A stretch of 62,729 nt of DNA, filler included, from Nitrospinota bacterium (GTDB lineage: Bacteria; JAUXIQ01): assembly GCA_030620925.1 (NCBI GenBank). It is 10 parts of 10 records of this genome, joined end to end, with 100 filler letters (N's around TTAATTAATTAA, not from the genome) between each part and the next. Parts side by side here need not be neighbours in the genome. Positions count along the whole stretch, not along the records: positions 36,407 to 44,411 come from JAUXIQ010000076.1; positions 44,512 to 47,172 come from JAUXIQ010000425.1; positions 47,273 to 57,295 come from JAUXIQ010000041.1; 7 more parts are not named here. One strand, given 5' to 3'. Shown here piece after piece: positions 42,023 through 51,143 of this stretch. Within the stretch, counting starts at the first letter, position 1; every line of letters starts with the position of its first letter. The translations under genes and the position numbers were made by a program. Under the pieces are notes generated by a model. That model was given only the letters and a program-made list of their open reading frames with translations, was not told the origin of the DNA and ran no database searches.

Positions 42023-44411
42023 ATGAGTCCTCTGAGCATGAGTTTATTGGTGGCTAATCGAGGTGAAATTGCCTTACGCATCATGCGTACCGCTGCTGAA
42101 CTGGGTATCCGCACGGTGGCGGTCTTTTCGGAAGACGACGCCCAATCGCTCCACACGCGCAGGGCGGACGAAGCCCACCCGCTGAGCGGCTCTGGCGTCT
42201 CGGCCTACATGGACGTTGAACAAATCCTGACCATCGCCAGGGAGTGCGACTGCGACGCTATCCACCCGGGCTACGGCTTTCTGAGCGAGAACGTGGGGTT
42301 TGCCCGGCGCTGCGCTGAAGAGGGAATCACTTTTGTGGGGCCGACCGCGGAGACACTCGAGATATTCGGTGATAAGGCGCGGGCGCGGTCACTGGCTGAG
42401 GAGTGTGGAGTGCCGTTGCTGCCGGGCACACAGGGCCCTGTCACCCTGGATCAGGCCAAAGAGTTTCTTTTGTCGTTGGGGGATGGCAGCTCGATGATGA
42501 TCAAGGCGGTGGCGGGCGGCGGCGGTCGCGGCATGCGGGCGGTGTTCGGCCCCGATGAGGTCGAAGATGCCTACACCCGCTGCCAGTCGGAGGCCCTGCA
42601 GGCCTTAGGGAACTCCGATGTATATGTTGAACAGTTGATGGCGCGCGCCAGGCACATCGAAGTGCAAATCATCGGCGACGGGTCCGGCGCCGTGAGCCAC
42701 CTCGGGGAGCGCGAATGCAGTATCCAGAGGCGGCATCAAAAGATAGCCGAGATCGCGCCGTCCCCCGGATTAACACCGGGCCTGCGCGAACGAATCACTG
42801 CGGATGCCATCCGGTTGGCCGAGGCTGTGAGCTACCACAACGTCGGCACCTTCGAATTCCTGGTCGACGCGGACGCGATGGACGATGAGGCGGCTTACGC
42901 ATTTATGGAGACCAACCCCAGGCTGCAGGTCGAGCATACGGTGACGGAAGAAGTGACGGGTGTTGACCTGGTGAAAATCCAGCTTCAACTGGCGGCTGGG
43001 AGCTCGCTGGCGGAGCTGGGGCTGGAGCAGGCTGATGTGCCTGCGCCGCGAGGGTTTGCGGTGCAGGTACGCATCAACATGGAGACGATGGAAGCAGACG
43101 GCGGCACCCGGCCCGCGGGTGGAACGCTGGCGGCATTCGAGGCGCCGTCGGGTCACGGGGTGCGGACCGATACCTGCGGTTACGTTGGCTATCGCTCCAG
43201 TCACAACTTCGATTCTCTGCTGGCCAAGCTGATCGGGCATTCGACGTCGCCGAACTTTGCCGATGCGGTGGCCAAGACCTATCGTGCTCTCTGTGAGTTC
43301 AAGGTGGAAGGTGTGCTTACCAACATACCGTTTCTGCAGAGCCTGCTGCGGCACCCCGAGTTCGCAGCCAATCGTGTCCATACCCGCTTCGTAGAGGACC
43401 ACATCGGGGAGCTTGTTACGCCTGAAAACGCCACCCATCCGAGGCTCTTCTTCGACCAATCAGTGGAGCGCGCCCATGCCGGCGCCAAGGTGGATGTAGT
43501 AGACCCGCTCGCTGTCCTGGATTACGGCAGGGGCAACATCAGCGCGCCGACAGCACCGCAGGCGGCCGACACCGCCCCGGATTCGCAGGCTTTCGACATG
43601 ACGGGATATGAGAATACCGTGGTGATTAAAGCGCTCATGCAGGGCACTATCGTGAGCATCGATGTGCGCGAAGGCGAGCTTGTGCGCGAGGGCCAGCAGA
43701 TACTGGTCATGGATTCCATGAAGATGGAGCATGTTATAGCGGCCGAAGCCAGCGGTGTGATCGTGCGGCTGGCGGTGGAAGAGGGCGACACTGTGTTTGA
43801 GGGCCATCCGCTCGCCTTCATCGAGGAGCAAGAGGTAGAGTCGTCGGAGGAGGATGTACAGAAGGAGGTCGATCTGGATGAGCTGCGTCCCGATCTCGCC
43901 GAGGTGCACCAACGCCATGAAATCACGCTCGATGACGCTCGGCCGGACGAGGTGGCAAAGAGAAGGAAGAGAGGACAGCGCACAGCCCGCGAGAATATAT
44001 TGGATATGTGCGATCCGGGGACATTCGTGGAGTACGGCCCGCTGGTCATCGCCGCACAGCGGAAGCGGCGCTCTATAGAGGATTTGATTCAGCGCACGGC
44101 GGCCGACGGGCTGGTTACAGGGATCGGCCGCGTGAACGGACACCTTTTTGAGGACCAAAAGGCGCGCTGCGTAGTCATGTCGTACGACTACATGGTCCTG
44201 GCGGGTACCCAGGGCCAGCAGAACCACAAAAAGAAGGATCGAATGTTTGAGCTGGCGGAGCAACAGCGCCTCCCTTTGATATTCTTCACCGAGGGGGGTG
44301 GCGGACGACCGGGTGACACCGATTCGTTCGGTGTGGCCGGTCTCGATTGCATGGCCTTTCACCTCTTCGGGAAGCTCAGCGGGCATGTGCCGCTTGTAGG
44401 TATCAATTCGG
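42023..44411 (+). CDS. Single-chain biotin carboxylase-BCCP-carboxyltransferase (acyl-CoA carboxylase; 3' truncated)
   Basis: VANRGEIA, HPGYGFLSE, GGGGRGM, RLQVEH, biotinyl SMKME, then TARE and GGGGRPGD. Confidence 0.93.
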
Positions 44412-44512
44412 NNNNNNNNNNNNNNNNNNNNNNNNNNNNNNNNNNNNNNNNNNNNTTAATTAATTAANNNNNNNNNNNNNNNNNNNNNNNNNNNNNNNNN
44501 NNNNNNNNNNNA

Positions 44513-45352
44513 ATCCTCAAAGAAATCGCCCTCCACCGCGCCGCCCGTCGCATGTGGGCCAAGATAATGCGTGAGCGCCTGGGCGCCAAGGACCCCAGGA
44601 ACTGGGCTTACATGCACGTCGGCGGGGCCATGAGCGGCTACTACAGCACCAGCGCACAACGCCCCCTCAACAACCTCACCCGAGCCGTGCTGGGCGGAGT
44701 GGCCGCCGCCATGGTGGGGGATAACCCCAGCGTTGAGCCCCCCTACGACGAGCCCCTGGGCCTGGGCTGGAGCCTGGAAGCGCAGCAGCTCTCAGAAGAC
44801 GCGGCCCGCATCATCCAGTACGAGGCCCGGCTCAAAGACGTAATAGACCCTTTCGCCGGCTCATATTACATGGAGTCAAAGACCAACCAGATCGAGGAAG
44901 AGGCCTGGGAAATAATCGAGAAGCTCGATTCCCTGGGCGGCTCCGTGAGCGCCATAGAGCAGGGCTACATGCAGCAGGAGATAGCCCGCAGCGCCTACCA
45001 GTTCCAGAAGGAGGTGGAGTCAGGCGAGCGCATAGTGGTCGGCGTAAACAGCTTCCTGGGCGAAGAGGAACTGGATGTCGTCACCAGCCGGCTGGTCCAG
45101 CATCCTTACGACCCCGATAAACGGGTGCAGGCAGAAGAGAAGCAGAAGAAGAATCTGGAGCAGGTTAAACGCAGCCGGGACGATAAGGCCGTTACCTCAG
45201 CCCTGCGATCGGTCAAAGCCGCCGCTGAGGACGAGAGCAAAAACGTCATCCCGCCCGTTCTGGAAGCGGTGAAAGCCTACGCCACCCTGGGCGAGATATG
45301 CGACGTGTTCCGCGAAGTCTTCGGCGAATACCAGGGCTACGGCTCTATATGA
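44513..45352 (+). CDS. Divergent B12-dependent acyl-CoA mutase large subunit (5' truncated)
   Basis: [29 protein letters not shown] and ATLGEI retained; core motifs altered. Confidence 0.85.
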   Translation: MLKEIALHRAARRMWAKIMRERLGAKDPRNWAYMHVGGAMSGYYSTSAQRPLNNLTRAVLGGVAAAMVGDNPSVEPPYDEPLGLGWSLEAQQLSEDAARIIQYEARLKDVIDPFAGSYYMESKTNQIEEEAWEIIEKLDSLGGSVSAIEQGYMQQEIARSAYQFQKEVESGERIVVGVNSFLGEEELDVVTSRLVQHPYDPDKRVQAEEKQKKNLEQVKRSRDDKAVTSALRSVKAAAEDESKNVIPPVLEAVKAYATLGEICDVFREVFGEYQGYGSI

Positions 45353-45370
45353 TGGATGGGTGCGGCCGCA

Positions 45371-46039
45371 TCAGAGCTTGAGCTCGTAAGTCCTGCCCGG
45401 CTCTGAGGGGTTTACCACGAGGTCAAGCGCCTCGCGGATGATTTTCTTCTGCACCTCCGCATCCTCCGGCATGCCCAGGGGGTTTCCCAACCCGTAATCC
45501 ACCGGCCACAGCGCCCTGGGAGGGCGGGCCATGCGGGATTGCTCCGGCTCGACGGTTATGAGCACGGTGGGCACTCCCGTCATCTCCACTCCCCTCTGTA
45601 TCGAGACGACCGCCCGATGGCAGAGAGGTCAGCCCGCGGTCATGAACACGATGTCCGCCTTGTTGTTCTTGATCTCTTCGGCTATCAGGGGGAGGGTGTT
45701 ATCCCTCAGCTCCCTGAACGACTGCGTGAACCCCATGGCGATGTGCGTGTCGGTTATGCCTCCGATAAGCCTCTCTTCGGTCAGCTCCCGGAGCCGGTCT
45801 ATGGGGAAGAGGACGTTTACGTCCCTGTCCCCGTCGGCATGGTCGTAGTGGGTATGGGTGATCATCAGTTTCGAGCTGTCAGCGTCGCCGGGTATGATCC
45901 TGATGGAGGTGTCGCCCTCGGTGTCGTAAGGTTCCTGGTCGTCCAGGTGCACGCCGGTGCTGCTCACCATGCACACCCTGCTCACGCCGAGCTCCCCTTC
46001 GAAAGGGGTATACGGAATACACAATCTGGAGATTTCCAT
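45371..46039 (-). CDS. PrdB/GrdB-like selenoprotein, 222 aa, Sec at UGA 45629-45631 (UxxC)
   Basis: ORFs 45629-46039 and 45371-45589 are in frame; read-through gives VFMTAG-U-PLCHRAVVSIQR, matching PrdB TAGUxxCHR; also GDTS.R.IP, YD, FPIDRLREL. Confidence 0.88.
45591..45628 (-). promoter_or_regulatory. Putative bacterial SECIS stem-loop
   Basis: Directly after the UGA: CCUCUCUG pairs with CAGAGGGG, AUCG with CGAU, and the apical loop begins GGU about 18 nt downstream. Confidence 0.65.
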
Positions 46040-46052
46040 CGGGAACGGACCT

Positions 46053-46547
46053 CTAAAGAGTTTTGAGAACTTTTATCAGCTCTGCGTTGTCGGGCTGTGT
46101 GCTGATGTCGTGGATGTCGATGTAGCGGATAATGCCCTCCTTATCCACGATGAACAGCGCCCGCTCGGTTATCCCTTCTTCCCGCAGGATGCTGTATTTC
46201 ACGGCGGCGTATCCGTGGGGCCAGAAATCGCTCAGCAGCGGATAGGATAGGGTTCCCATGGATTTGGCCCACGCTTCGCTGGTGGGGACGTTGTCGGCGC
46301 TTATACCCAACACCTGGGTATCGTACCTGTCAAACTCGGAAAGGTCTTCCTCGTATGCAGGCATCTGCACCGTTCAGACGGGTGTGAATGCGGCGGGCAC
46401 GAAGGCCAGAACCACGTTCTTTTTGCCCTTGTAATCGCTCAAAGAGATGCTCTTCTGCGGCTGGCCCTTGCCCGCGGTATCTCCCGTGGCGGGTAAAGTG
46501 AAATCAGGGGCCGGGTCGCCGACTTTCAACTGCATGGTAGCTCTCAT
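46053..46547 (-). CDS. Selenocysteine peroxiredoxin (AhpE/AhpC-TSA type), 164 aa, Sec at UGA 46374-46376
   Basis: From ATG 46547 after [24 protein letters not shown]...[19 protein letters not shown]...LLSDFWPHG...[11 protein letters not shown] occupies the peroxidatic position of PxxxTxxC. Confidence 0.9.
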
Positions 46548-46716
46548 TATTCCTCCTTCTTTCGGCCTCAGCCTTAGGAAATGAATGTTTTATATTTTCG
46601 GGGACCATTAAATTGACGTGAATTATCTGTAATATATAACTTGTGGATATAATTGCACACAGATAGTCATATATAAACGAAAAAAGATCGGGCGGTGTGC
46701 ACAATTGTTCGGAGGG

Positions 46717-46804
46717 TGGTGCCGAAGCGGGGATTCGAACCCCGACGAGGATAAACCTCACTAGACCCTGAATCTAGCGCGTCTGCCAGTTCCGCCACTT
46801 CGGC
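46717..46804 (-). tRNA. tRNA-Leu(CAG)
   Basis: GCCGAAG acceptor stem, CTAGA-TTCAGGG-TCTAG anticodon arm, long variable arm, TTCGAAT, CCA. Confidence 0.96.
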
Positions 46805-46939
46805 ACTATCGGTATCGGCTTTTCTGAGAGGCGATGCTTCATTACGCCGCCGACACAATTTTAGTTCTCCCATCCTGTTATGTCAATAGCTACGGGTCTA
46901 AATCGGACATAAAGAGCCATTTTAAATTTTCGGAGCAGG

Positions 46940-47105
46940 GGTTGGTCTACCCACCCCCCTTGCTTAAGCAGTCTCCGAACCTACATAATGCGTATAAAAT
47001 CAATAGTTTACGCTGTGCGGCCCGGCAACCGTTAGTTATCCGTAAACCCTTTATAATCAAGTGTTTAGCGTCCAAAACCCCCTGAATTCAGGGGTTGCTT
47101 GAACA
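46940..47105. repeat. MITE-like dispersed element, copy 1
   Basis: Imperfect TIRs TGCTTAAGCAGTCTCC / GGGGTTGCTTGAACA; diverged inverted copy at 47273-47396. Confidence 0.55.
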
Positions 47106-47272
47106 CAAAAATATTAACCATCGCGCCTGCCGCGTGAGGTTTCGCCATTAAACTCAGATGATAATAGGAAGANNNNNNNNNNNNNNNNNNNNNNNNNNNN
47201 NNNNNNNNNNNNNNNNTTAATTAATTAANNNNNNNNNNNNNNNNNNNNNNNNNNNNNNNNNNNNNNNNNNNN

Positions 47273-47396
47273 GCTTAATTTTATAGGGTTTTTATAGGAT
47301 TAACGGTATTATGCGCACATGGTGTAAACCATTGAATATTAAACCATTTTAAGCGATTGGAGGTTGCTTAAGCAACGGGGGTGGGTAGGAGCAACC
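47273..47396. repeat. MITE-like dispersed element, copy 2 (partial, at contig start)
   Basis: Reverse complement shares CTACCCACCCCC.TTGCTTAAGCA, TCAAT.GTTTAC, ACCGTTA and AAACCCT with 46940-47060. Confidence 0.55.
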
Positions 47397-47588
47397 GCCT
47401 GCCGCGGCAGGCGGTCCGGTAGAGGGGATTAAGGGGAGGGGGATTTTGAAAGCGCAAAAGAACACGGGCTTGCTAGGGTAGGCGAGATTCTTCGCTGCAC
47501 TCAGAATGACACGATGCGGAGTCGTAGGGGCGGTCCCGCGTGTGGCGGGAATGAACCCCTTTCGGGCAGGGCAAGCCCTGCCCCTACG
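47396..47588. repeat. REP-like palindrome cluster
   Basis: Inverted copy of 39885-39990 (GAGATTCTTCGCT..AGAATGA; GAGGGGATTAAGGGGAGGGGG) plus GTAGGGGCGG..GCCCCTAC. Confidence 0.65.
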
Positions 47589-47612
47589 GCCGCGCGGCTG
47601 ATGGGGAATTAC

Positions 47613-47960
47613 TTAGCAGCAATTGCCCCGGTCGGACTCTTTTTGCTCAGGAGCACAATCCCCGACGCTCCTCTCCAGCTCTATCGAGCAGCAGCTCGAC
47701 GACTCCTTGGCACCCATGGCGGACCTGATGACGGCCGTGGCGCAGCCCACGCCTGCCTGCACCGCAATAGCCCCCTCCGGACAGTTCATGGCGCAGGCCC
47801 CGCATTCCATGCATGCGTCCCGGTTTTCGACCCTGATATTCCCGTTATCCGCAGCCAAAACCGCGTGCGGGCAGACCGCCATGCACATGCCGCAGCCGGT
47901 GCATTTTTCTTTGTCGACCTGTAGAGTAACCACGTCCTTGAGGTAAACCAGTTGTCCCAT
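47613..47960 (-). CDS. hgcB: Mercury methylation ferredoxin HgcB
   Basis: Two CxxCxxCxxxC motifs including CMECGAC, GVGCA, and C-terminal vicinal cysteines. Confidence 0.93.
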   Translation of the reverse strand: MGQLVYLKDVVTLQVDKEKCTGCGMCMAVCPHAVLAADNGNIRVENRDACMECGACAMNCPEGAIAVQAGVGCATAVIRSAMGAKESSSCCSIELERSVGDCAPEQKESDRGNCC

Positions 47961-47996
47961 CTCTCAATCTCCTCAAGTTGTGCCGAAAGCGAATAC

Positions 47997-48635
47997 TTAG
48001 TCCGCTCCCTGTAGTTGTAACCACTTCCCTTCGTACCAGTAATATACGATGGAGGCCTTTTCCACGAAGGCATCATTGATCCCTGCATGATCGATTGGCG
48101 GTGGTGCGGGGCCTCCGTAAGCTCGATAGTGATCGATAATATAGTCTTTGCCGACAGCGCCAATGGCCCTGCCGAAACCAACCCTGTTTCCTCCTATCCC
48201 TTGGAGCCAATTCCGATCCGCGGAGTCGCTGCTAGGGACCACTTCGACTTTATCAGCAGACCCGTTCCAGAAGACAAGAATGACCGAACGCCTCCTGATT
48301 GAGCACAAAACAGCCCAATCGGTTTGGCCCGGCTTTTTAAATTCACCGGAGATGCCGTTGTGCGGTTTATCACCATCCCACATCTGCGGTATGGAACAGC
48401 TGCGTTTGCCCAATTCTCTCACGACTACATCCGGAAGATGCGTCAAGCCCGCGGGTGCCAGCCGAACCGTCTCCTGGTCGGCTTTCTCCCACCGATTCAC
48501 CCCGTCGGCATGTACGATCCCGGTTAAGATGCCATATGCCAACAATCCCGGCAGAAAAATGCAAATAGCAGGGATAACTGCTGAACGAAAAAAGTTCCGG
48601 GTCATAGCGGTATCTCTATGTATAGGGGTCATCAA
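47997..48635 (-). CDS. Hypothetical exported protein between hgcA and hgcB
   Basis: Hydrophobic N-terminus ending VHA; GEFKKPGQTDWAVLCS; no family recognised; start may be 48605. Confidence 0.75.
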   Translation of the reverse strand: MMTPIHRDTAMTRNFFRSAVIPAICIFLPGLLAYGILTGIVHADGVNRWEKADQETVRLAPAGLTHLPDVVVRELGKRSCSIPQMWDGDKPHNGISGEFKKPGQTDWAVLCSIRRRSVILVFWNGSADKVEVVPSSDSADRNWLQGIGGNRVGFGRAIGAVGKDYIIDHYRAYGGPAPPPIDHAGINDAFVEKASIVYYWYEGKWLQLQGAD

Positions 48636-48689
48636 TAAAAACCCTTAAGCACAACTAATTAAACCGGTTGTCCCCTCTTTATAATCCTT

Positions 48690-49859
48690 TCAGGCGATGA
48701 ACCGCGATACCAGCCAGAGACATAACCCCGCCCCACCGGTCGTTATTTCCAGGGGCACGGCCCATCTCATCTCTCTCCTGACACCTGAAAGGGAGGTGTA
48801 GGTGGAAGCGCCGGTAAAATTCATAGCCATGTAGGCCGCGAAGGCCGGAACCAGCAAAAACCAGCCCAGGATTTCGAAAAGTCCTGCCAAACCGCTCAAA
48901 CTTCCCGCACGGAAAAGGGCCAGTACCGCCGCTGTTATCAGGCCCATGCTGATCCCTTTCAGGGAGAAAGCGCGGCCCGGCAGCCAGGGCAACAGAAGCT
49001 GGGTCAAAACGCCACCCGCCGCCAGCGCACATAACAGGGCGAGCACGGCGAACAGACCGTAATTCAAGGCGTTGGCCCAGTATCCGGCAGGTCCGCCCAG
49101 CCCGCCCAGGAAGAAGAAAGCGGGGAGTATGAGGGCGTACCATTTCAAAACCAACACCACCTCAATGGGCACCAGCTCCATTCTCTCCCGGGTGGTGAAC
49201 GTCTTCAGTCTCATTTCCGGCGCCGCTTTAAAGCCCGCATCGATGAAAGCGGGTAAATCCCTGGCAAGAACAGGCCCGTATATCACCCTGAATCCGAAAA
49301 GTTTCTTTACCTGGTGCGCCGCCACCCCAGGGGCCCCTAACTGGGGCACTATCAGCTCCCTGTGAGAAACCACCTGCGCCAGGCCGCTGGACTCTATGCG
49401 TCGGACAAGCTCCTCCGTCCCGAAGGTCCCCTTCCCCGCCGCACACCAGACGTTTATGCCCTTGGTGTCCAGGACCAGTATCCATGCGTCGCGGCCCGGC
49501 AGGGCCACGCGTAGATGATCAAAACTCATCTTGTAGTTGGCCGACACCATGACGGGGGACTTGTCGTCGGGGTTTCCCAGGGCGTAAAGGCCGGGGTCCA
49601 CCGTGTAGTGCATGCGGGCAACTCCCCAGCGGGACTTAATACCGCCCCGGCGGTCGGCCCTCACAAGAGAAGATGAGACCTGAGGCACGGTTCCGGCGGG
49701 AGTCTCAACAGCGCCCGCCACGAAGGGCTGCTCCAGGCTGGGAAGGCTATCCTGAGCCTCACCCTCCGGGGGACAACAGGCGCCGCCCACCGACTCCTCC
49801 GCCGCCGAACAGGAAACATCAGCGATCTTCTGTGTTTCCCTGCTCCTTTCATCGCTCAT
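48690..49859 (-). CDS. hgcA: Mercury methylation corrinoid protein HgcA
   Basis: Cap-helix GINVWCAAGKGTFG, ANYKMSFD, PQLGAPGV, C-terminal TM helices ending NFTGASTYTSLSGVRREM. Confidence 0.97.
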   Translation of the reverse strand: MSDERSRETQKIADVSCSAAEESVGGACCPPEGEAQDSLPSLEQPFVAGAVETPAGTVPQVSSSLVRADRRGGIKSRWGVARMHYTVDPGLYALGNPDDKSPVMVSANYKMSFDHLRVALPGRDAWILVLDTKGINVWCAAGKGTFGTEELVRRIESSGLAQVVSHRELIVPQLGAPGVAAHQVKKLFGFRVIYGPVLARDLPAFIDAGFKAAPEMRLKTFTTRERMELVPIEVVLVLKWYALILPAFFFLGGLGGPAGYWANALNYGLFAVLALLCALAAGGVLTQLLLPWLPGRAFSLKGISMGLITAAVLALFRAGSLSGLAGLFEILGWFLLVPAFAAYMAMNFTGASTYTSLSGVRREMRWAVPLEITTGGAGLCLWLVSRFIA

Positions 49860-50023
49860 TACAACGCCCCCGCTTCTTAACCCTTACGCGCCGCACTGAC
49901 AATCTTTCTTTAACAATCGCCGGAAGATAGTTGTATTATGCAACTAACACCGTTCTTTGTCAATCATTCTCCAATATTAATAGTCAGTAACATCTTAAAC
50001 AAGCTTACAAATCGATACCTCAA

Positions 50024-50059
50024 TAAAAAAAGCAGGGCAATTCCACGCCCCGCCTTTTT
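50024..50059. terminator. Probable bidirectional intrinsic terminator
   Basis: A-run, GC stem (GCAGGGC...GCCCCGC), T-run. Confidence 0.5.
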
Positions 50060-50121
50060 AGTTAAATCACTTCCCGATAAATGGGCTCTTATACTTTCGC
50101 CCGTTCTTTTTCATCTCCTCT

Positions 50122-50637
50122 TTAACAGCGCAATTCGAACATCACATTATTTGCTTCATCTATCAACGCTTGTGCTTCCGCCGGCGACATCCATCCAGCG
50201 CTTAACATCGTCTCCACCTGGTTGATGAACGTCTGAAGCACGCTGCAAGAAACCTGAGTCCTCCCCTTACCCATCGTATTTTTCACCGCTTCCAGTTTCG
50301 CGTTGAGCGAATTGCCCCAACCTTCCTCGATAGTAGCACTCTCAACCAGGTCCTGAACATCATCCTCAACGTCTTGCATCCGTTTCTCAGGCTGTGGGAG
50401 AGGGAAATCATCTTTCCAAAGAACGGCGTACGTATAAGCCAACCGGGAGGGGATATTGCTATTGCTCGCTACCTGAAAGGAGCCGTTAACGCTGTTATTG
50501 ATGGCCACAGCCTCGCTCTCATCTCCGCGGAGAGTACCCAGATCGGTCATAGGCTGCGTTGATGACGGTCCTGCTGTTACCAGGACTGCTACAGCCACTG
50601 CGAGTACTACTGCCAACATCCTTAGTGAACTTTTCAT
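50122..50637 (-). CDS. Secreted protein with a single HAF-repeat-like segment and a FIMAH-like helical C-terminus
   Basis: Signal peptide; MTDLGTL.G..SEA.AIN; NSLNAKL...FINQVE...AQALI. Confidence 0.55.
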   Translation of the reverse strand: MKSSLRMLAVVLAVAVAVLVTAGPSSTQPMTDLGTLRGDESEAVAINNSVNGSFQVASNSNIPSRLAYTYAVLWKDDFPLPQPEKRMQDVEDDVQDLVESATIEEGWGNSLNAKLEAVKNTMGKGRTQVSCSVLQTFINQVETMLSAGWMSPAEAQALIDEANNVMFELRC

Positions 50638-51001
50638 CTCTTACTTCCCCTTACCGAAGACGAGAAAAAACTTACTTCAATCTCTCACCATGTTTTAAAA
50701 CGTATGGGATATACCCTTTTTATCTTCATCTGTTCTTAATTATCGATGTCAGTATAATAAAAACAATTAAATAAGACTAAAACTAAGAATTCTTATATAT
50801 TCAAAGCATTTATGAAAACATAAGTCTCTTCACAAGAGTTTTGAACTTGTAACAAATCAACTCTCTTTTGTCAATAAAAAAATAATTTATTTTTTACTTT
50901 TTTTATCTCCATCCGGCTTATTAATCGTCGAAATCCGCGTTTCCCGAAAAGCATACATCCCCGGATCTTTACCATGAGCAAAAAAAGGACGAAAAAGCCT
51001 A

Positions 51002-51060
51002 TTGACATTATAATTGATATTATCTAATATGTCAGATAACACCAGATAAAACATCAGATA
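51002..51060 (+). promoter_or_regulatory. Promoter with three CAGATA repeats (candidate GntR operator)
   Basis: TTGACA at 51002; CAGATA at 51033, 51043 and 51055. Confidence 0.45.
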
Positions 51061-51143
51061 TGGACTTGAAAAAGTATAGACGGCCCTGCCGCACCGCTGT
51101 CGATTGATCCGGAAAGATTTTGCCCGGAGGAGAAAAACCTCAG

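Noticed and set aside
46940-47396. One large inverted repeat spanning the gap
   Set aside because: The symmetry crosses an artificial join; treated as two dispersed copies.
45371-49859. Selenoprotein operon and hgcAB forming one Se-Hg locus
   Set aside because: They are on different contigs separated by the linker at 47173-47272, so proximity is not evidence.
48690-49859. Corrinoid Fe-S protein (CdhE/AcsC) rather than HgcA
   Set aside because: Has the NVWCAAGK Cys cap helix, TM C-terminus and a nearby HgcB; lacks the CFeSP Fe-S and TIM-barrel domains.
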